Part shown: in pieces, positions 36,237 to 40,637 of the stretch
How the letters are laid out: each line of letters opens with the position of its first letter
How positions within the stretch are numbered: position 1 is the stretch's first letter
Assembly: GCA_038214755.1 (NCBI GenBank)
Contig: JBBQRQ010000044.1
Location: 1 to 40,637, forward strand
Direction of reading: 5' to 3'
DNA length: 40,637 nucleotides
From: Verrucomicrobiota bacterium
Lineage (GTDB): Bacteria; Verrucomicrobiota; Verrucomicrobiia; Limisphaerales; CANJXF01
Program-made: the position numbers and the translations under genes
The notes under the pieces: model-generated
What the model was told of the DNA's origin: nothing
What the model saw: only the letters and a program-made list of their open reading frames with translations
Database searches by the model: none

Positions 36237-37450
36237 GAACGACCGAGAATTTTTTTCAGCGCGGCCACGACGCGGTCTTGTTGCGCGTTCGTCAAGTCCG
36301 CGAACATCGGCAGGCTGATGGTTTGGGAATAATATCTTTCAGCTTCAGGAAAATCACCTTTGCGAAAACCGAGCTGGCGATAAAACGGCTGCGTGTGAAC
36401 GGGAATGTAATGCAGATTCACGCCGATGTTTTCGCGACGCAACGCTTCGAAAACTTGGCGATGCGTTTTGGAAATTTTGTCGAGTTGCAGTCGAATGACG
36501 TAGAGATGCCAGCTTGAATTCGCGTCGGGATTTTGCCACGGCAATGTGAGTGGCAACTCACGCAAAAGTTTGTTGTAACGTTGAGCGATGGCGCGGCGAC
36601 GCGCGACAAATTTATCAAGGCGCTTCATCTGGCTCAGGCCAAGCGCGGCTGGAATGTCGGTCATGCGATAATTAAATCCGAGTTCGATTTGCTGATAATG
36701 CCACGGGCCATGCGACGGAAGTTTCATGAATTTTTCGTCACGCGTGATGCCGTGGGTGCGCAAGCGAATCAACTTTTCAAACAGTTCTTTTCGGTTCGTC
36801 AGAATCATCCCGCCTTCGCCGGTGGTGATGATTTTCACCGGATGAAAACTGAAAATGGCGAGGTCGGAAAATTCGCAGTTGCCAATCGGTTTGGTTCGGT
36901 AACTCCCGCCAATCGCGTGCGACGCGTCTTCCATCACGCGGAAATTATATTTCTTCGACAACTTGGAAATTTCCACCATCTCGCAGGACTGGCCGGCGAA
37001 GTGAACTGGCACGACGATTTTGGGCAGACGATTTTTTTTCTCAGCGGCGACAAGTTTTTTTTCCAACTCCGCCACGCTCAGATTGTAAGTGCGCGGATTG
37101 ATGTCCACAAAATCCACCTGCGCCCCGCAATACAAAGCGCAGTTGGCGGAGGCGACGAAAGTGTTCGGCGAAGTCCAGAGCCAGTCGCCTTTTTTCAGGC
37201 CGAGTGCAAGGCAGCCGAGATGAAGTGCGCCAGTCGCATTGCACACGGCCACGGCGTATTTCGCGCCGCAATAGTCCGCAACTCTTTTTTCAAATTTTTC
37301 GATGGCCGGGCCTTGCGTGAGCCAATTGGAACGGAGAACCGCGACGACGGCCCGAATGTCTTCCTCACTGATGGATTGGCGGCCATAAGGCAAATATTTG
37401 GAACTCGGAATTCGGAACGCGGAACTCGGAATATTGCGGGCGCGGCTCAT
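36233..37450 (-). CDS. pseC: UDP-4-amino-4,6-dideoxy-N-acetyl-beta-L-altrosamine transaminase
   Basis: LPYGRQSISEEDI, WLTQGP, EDASHAIG, FSFHPVKIITTGEGG, LGFNYRMTD. ATG 37450 overlaps the pseB stop. Confidence 0.92.
   Translation of the reverse strand: MSRARNIPSSAFRIPSSKYLPYGRQSISEEDIRAVVAVLRSNWLTQGPAIEKFEKRVADYCGAKYAVAVCNATGALHLGCLALGLKKGDWLWTSPNTFVASANCALYCGAQVDFVDINPRTYNLSVAELEKKLVAAEKKNRLPKIVVPVHFAGQSCEMVEISKLSKKYNFRVMEDASHAIGGSYRTKPIGNCEFSDLAIFSFHPVKIITTGEGGMILTNRKELFEKLIRLRTHGITRDEKFMKLPSHGPWHYQQIELGFNYRMTDIPAALGLSQMKRLDKFVARRRAIAQRYNKLLRELPLTLPWQNPDANSSWHLYVIRLQLDKISKTHRQVFEALRRENIGVNLHYIPVHTQPFYRQLGFRKGDFPEAERYYSQTISLPMFADLTNAQQDRVVAALKKILGRS
37400..37434. repeat. Five 7-mer tandem repeats within the pseC 5' end
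   Basis: GGAACTC GGAATTC GGAACGC GGAACTC GGAATAT. Confidence 0.7.
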
Positions 37451-38433
37451 CCGACATCGTGAACGAGTTTTTGCAAATCGTTTTCTTTGAGCCATTGCGT
37501 GTTGTTGTCGCTGCCGTAGCGAAAATCGGTCGTTGATTTTTTCCCGTGGCTCCAATTTTTTTCGACCCACTGAGGGTGGTAAGGCTGTAGCACGACAAAC
37601 ATGTCGTCGAGTTCGACCGTGTTGCGGGCTTCATCTTCGGAGATCAAAACTTCGTGGAGTTTTTCGCCGGGTCGAATCCCCAGGTGGTCAATTTCACATT
37701 CGGGGGCGACGGCTTTGGCCAGGTCCATGATGTTCATGCTCGGAATCTTTGGGACGAAAACTTCTGCGCCGTGCATTTTTTGGATGCACCCAATGACGAA
37801 GCGGACGCCTTGTTCGAGCGTGATCCAAAATCGTGTCATGCGCGGATCGGTGATGGTGATTTTTCCATTTTTACGTTGCTGCTGGAAAAGCGGGATGACG
37901 CTGCCGCGGCTGCCGACGACATTTCCATAGCGGACGCAACTCAGGCGGGTTCCAGTGCCGCCGGAATAAGCGTTGCCCTGCACGAACAATTTTTCGGCGC
38001 AAAGTTTCGTCGCGCCGTAGAGATTGACGGGATTGACGGCCTTGTCGGTGCTGAGGGCCAAAACTTTTTTGACGCCTTGGTCGATGGCGGCGTCGATGAT
38101 GTTTTTTGCGCCCATGACGTTGGTGAGAATCGCTTCGAACGGATTATACTCGCAGGCGGGAACTTGCTTGAGCGCGGCGGCGTGAACGACGATATCCACT
38201 CCGTGAAAAGCGCGTTCCAATCGTTCGCGGTCGCGGACATCGCCGATGAAAAAGCGCAGCGGCAAGTTGGCGTTGTCGGGGAATTGCTGCCGCATCTCGT
38301 GCTGCTTCAATTCGTCGCGGCTGAAGATGATCAATTTTTTTGGGCCATAATCGCGGAGCAAAATTTCCGTAAATTTTTTTCCGAAAGAACCGGTGCCGCC
38401 CGTGACGAGAACGACTTTATCATGCCAATTCAT
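37447..38433 (-). CDS. pseB: UDP-N-acetylglucosamine 4,6-dehydratase (inverting)
   Basis: TGGTGSFG, FSRDELKQ, HAAALKQVP.CEYNP, LSTDKA..P.NLYGATK, RYGNV.GSRGSV, TD.RMTRFWITL. Confidence 0.95.
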   Translation of the reverse strand: MNWHDKVVLVTGGTGSFGKKFTEILLRDYGPKKLIIFSRDELKQHEMRQQFPDNANLPLRFFIGDVRDRERLERAFHGVDIVVHAAALKQVPACEYNPFEAILTNVMGAKNIIDAAIDQGVKKVLALSTDKAVNPVNLYGATKLCAEKLFVQGNAYSGGTGTRLSCVRYGNVVGSRGSVIPLFQQQRKNGKITITDPRMTRFWITLEQGVRFVIGCIQKMHGAEVFVPKIPSMNIMDLAKAVAPECEIDHLGIRPGEKLHEVLISEDEARNTVELDDMFVVLQPYHPQWVEKNWSHGKKSTTDFRYGSDNNTQWLKENDLQKLVHDVG

Positions 38434-38445
38434 CGGGCGAAGTTA
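38434..38445 (-). promoter_or_regulatory. Putative -10 box 6 nt before the pseB ATG
   Basis: TAACTT-CGCCCG-ATG; no Shine-Dalgarno visible. Confidence 0.4.
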
Positions 38446-38557
38446 AGGAAAAGATTTTTAAAACGCCACAGGAAGTTATTTCGGCTGTGAGAGAAATGGA
38501 TTTTGCCAATCAAGAGATTGGCATCCCAATTTACTTGCCCACGAACAACCGAATTTT

Positions 38558-40471
38558 TTAGACAGGCACTGCGGCTCCGAAAATTCCCTGGCGGCGAGCC
38601 ATCGCGGCGAAGGGGCCGTTGGCTTGGAGCAATTCGGAAAAACTTCCTTGTTCGACAATTGCTCCGGCAGACAAAACGACGATGGAATCCATGTTCGCGA
38701 GGGTGGAGAGGCGATGGGCGACGCAAATGACCGTGCGATTTTGCTCCAGTTTTTCGATGGCGATTTGAACTTCTGCTTCGGATTGCGAATCGAGCGAGGC
38801 GGTCGCTTCATCAAGCGCGAGAATCGGCGCGTTCCGAATGAAGGCGCGCGCAATGGCGATGCGCTGACGTTGTCCGCCGGAAAGAGTGACGCCGCGTTCG
38901 CCGATGATGGTGTCGTAACCTTTGGGCAGTTCAGAAATAAATTTATGGGCGAAGGCGTCTTTGGCGGCGGCTTCGATTTCAGCGCGGCTCGCTCCCAGTT
39001 TTCCGTTCTCGATATTCTCGGCGACAGATTTATTGAAGAGAACAATTTCCTGACTGACGAGCGCCATTTGTTGGCGCAAATCGGTGACGGAAACTTCGCG
39101 CAACTCCACGCCGTCAATTTTTATCACGCCGTGAGTTGGGTCGTAAAAGCGAAACAGCAAATTGACCAGCGTGCTTTTGCCGGAGCCGCTCTCGCCCGCC
39201 ACGCCCAACTTGAATCCGCGCGGCAGAGTTAAGTTGATGTTTCGCAAAACGACTTTGGTTGCGTAAGAAAAACTCACGTTTTCCAAACTCAGTTCCGAAC
39301 GAAAAGTTTTTACCGGCCTGGCGTGAATCGGTTCGCGCACGCTCGGCTGTTCGTTGAGTGTTTCGATGAGGCGTTCGATTCCTGCGCCAGCTTGCGAGAC
39401 GTTCAGATGCACGCCGGCGATTTTTCGGATGGGCACATACAAAAGTCCCATTCCAATCAGGAAGCCGGCCATGTCGGAGGTGGTTTGTTTTGTGTAAAAA
39501 ATATAAACGACCAGCACTCCCAGTCCGAGGGTGGAAATGATTTGAATGAGCGGATTGGCCAATCCTTTGGCCTGCACGTTTTTCATTCCGTGATGGATGA
39601 GTTCTTTGGAATGCTGGCGAAACCGTTCCAATTGGCGCGCTTCCAAATTGAAGGCTTTGATGACGCGGATGCCGGCGATCGATTCGATCAGAAGACTGCT
39701 TTGCGAGACGCTGGCCTTGCGCGTGGAACGGCTGGCGCGGCGCGTTTTTCGGCCGAGAACCATCACTGGAAAAACGCAGAGCGGCAAAAAAATCAACGCG
39801 AAAAGGGTGAGCCTCCAGTCGGTAAACAACAGCGCCCCAATCACGCCTAAACATTGGAAGATGCCTTTGACGAGATCGCCGCAACTATCTTTCAAAGCTT
39901 TGTGCAGGCTCGCCGTGTCCCCACTGATGCGCGTGATTAAATCCCCCGTGGTGGAGCGATTGAAATAATCCAGCGAGAGGGTGTTGAGCTTGGCGAGGAC
40001 ATCAATGCGAAGGTCGTTGATCACTCGTTCGCTTACCCAACCCATAAAATAATCTGCCGCATAATCCGTCGCGCTGAGGATTACCGCCAGCAACGGAAGA
40101 AAAAGCAGCGCGCCCAGCACCCGACGCCAGGTGAAAACTTTTCCCACCATCGGGAGCCAGGGATCGAGCCGGAGATCGGTTTGCCTTTTGAATTCTTTTA
40201 ATCGCTTCTCGAAAGCGGATCTAAATTGGGATGGAAATTTTTTTTGGTTGAGTTGAGCGCGCTGCGAACTGTTTTTTTTTAACGCTTCGGCGCTGGAGTC
40301 GCTTTTGATTTCCACAGGGTCAAGTCGGGCGACCAACGTCCGCGTGGCCCAGATAAAACTTCCGTTGGCCATCCCAAACAAAATCCCAAAAAGAATCCCG
40401 ATCAAAAGTCGCCCTCGATAGCGGCGCAAGTAAGGCCAGCCGAAAGTGAGGACTGCTTTGAGGTGATTCAT
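38558..40471 (-). CDS. MsbA-like ABC exporter (permease plus ATP-binding), possible glycolipid flippase
   Basis: Multi-TM N-terminal domain; Walker A GESGSGKST; LSGGQRQR; ILALDEATA; VAHRLST. Confidence 0.93.
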   Translation of the reverse strand: MNHLKAVLTFGWPYLRRYRGRLLIGILFGILFGMANGSFIWATRTLVARLDPVEIKSDSSAEALKKNSSQRAQLNQKKFPSQFRSAFEKRLKEFKRQTDLRLDPWLPMVGKVFTWRRVLGALLFLPLLAVILSATDYAADYFMGWVSERVINDLRIDVLAKLNTLSLDYFNRSTTGDLITRISGDTASLHKALKDSCGDLVKGIFQCLGVIGALLFTDWRLTLFALIFLPLCVFPVMVLGRKTRRASRSTRKASVSQSSLLIESIAGIRVIKAFNLEARQLERFRQHSKELIHHGMKNVQAKGLANPLIQIISTLGLGVLVVYIFYTKQTTSDMAGFLIGMGLLYVPIRKIAGVHLNVSQAGAGIERLIETLNEQPSVREPIHARPVKTFRSELSLENVSFSYATKVVLRNINLTLPRGFKLGVAGESGSGKSTLVNLLFRFYDPTHGVIKIDGVELREVSVTDLRQQMALVSQEIVLFNKSVAENIENGKLGASRAEIEAAAKDAFAHKFISELPKGYDTIIGERGVTLSGGQRQRIAIARAFIRNAPILALDEATASLDSQSEAEVQIAIEKLEQNRTVICVAHRLSTLANMDSIVVLSAGAIVEQGSFSELLQANGPFAAMARRQGIFGAAVPV

Positions 40472-40637
40472 TGTCGAGTGTCATACTTCTTTTTTTCAAA
40501 GAGGTGTCAATCACAGACCCCCCATAAAGTAGCGGGGGGGGTGGAGGGGGCGGGGGGGGAAAAGGGGATAACCCGGGGGCCCGCGCCGGCGGGACGCCCC
40601 CCCCAACATTTGGGGGCGCCCCCGCGGGTGAGGTGGG

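Noticed and set aside
37451..37570. N-terminal extension of PseC
   Set aside because: It overlaps the pseB 3' end. ATG 37450 gives the usual ATGA coupling.
261..39968. Many long antisense or alternative-frame ORFs (e.g. 261..1286-, 10190..11212+, 17514..18464+, 32689..33819+, 36533..37462+)
   Set aside because: They are shadows of well-supported genes in GC-rich coding DNA and carry no recognisable motifs.
40480..40637. G/C-homopolymer-rich end as a G-quadruplex or regulatory element
   Set aside because: It is at the sequence terminus and looks like low-quality read-end sequence. The first ~200 nt are similarly suspect.

Overview
A 40.6-kb bacterial chromosomal segment, probably from Verrucomicrobiota (Pedosphaera-like) or another PVC lineage. 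This is inferred from planctomycete-type cytochromes, small-protein families and repeat motifs, and was not checked by search. Both ends look like low-quality read ends of a fosmid-sized insert. Left part (0-13 kb): DUF4912 protein, GH57 branching enzyme, uvrC, a pentaheme cytochrome c, gmhB, a cytochrome c-LRR protein and a phosphoglucomutase/phosphomannomutase. These are interspersed with toxin-antitoxin modules (RelE-like, HicBA, Panacea/RelE-like), TA gene stubs and several REP-like or short-period inverted repeats. Middle (13-25 kb): a mosaic accessory region with small genes, gene fragments, a DUF3494 ice-binding adhesin plus beta-barrel gene pair, and an AT-richer islet. The islet encodes a membrane-anchored protein, a 10-Cys secreted peptide and a small secreted protein, and is bracketed by an intact fdhF/ydeP-like gene and a synonymously diverged copy of its 3' end. 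Right part (25-40.5 kb): a surface-glycan locus with an MsbA-like ABC exporter, pseB-pseC-pseG/H fusion-pseI, a second atypical nonulosonate synthase, a CMP-transferase, two APH-like kinases, two methyltransferases and a GT4. Many accessory genes have a -10 box 5-7 nt before the start codon, which suggests leaderless mRNAs. No rRNA, tRNA, CRISPR array, integrase or transposase was recognised. All family calls come from motif recognition, not database searches.
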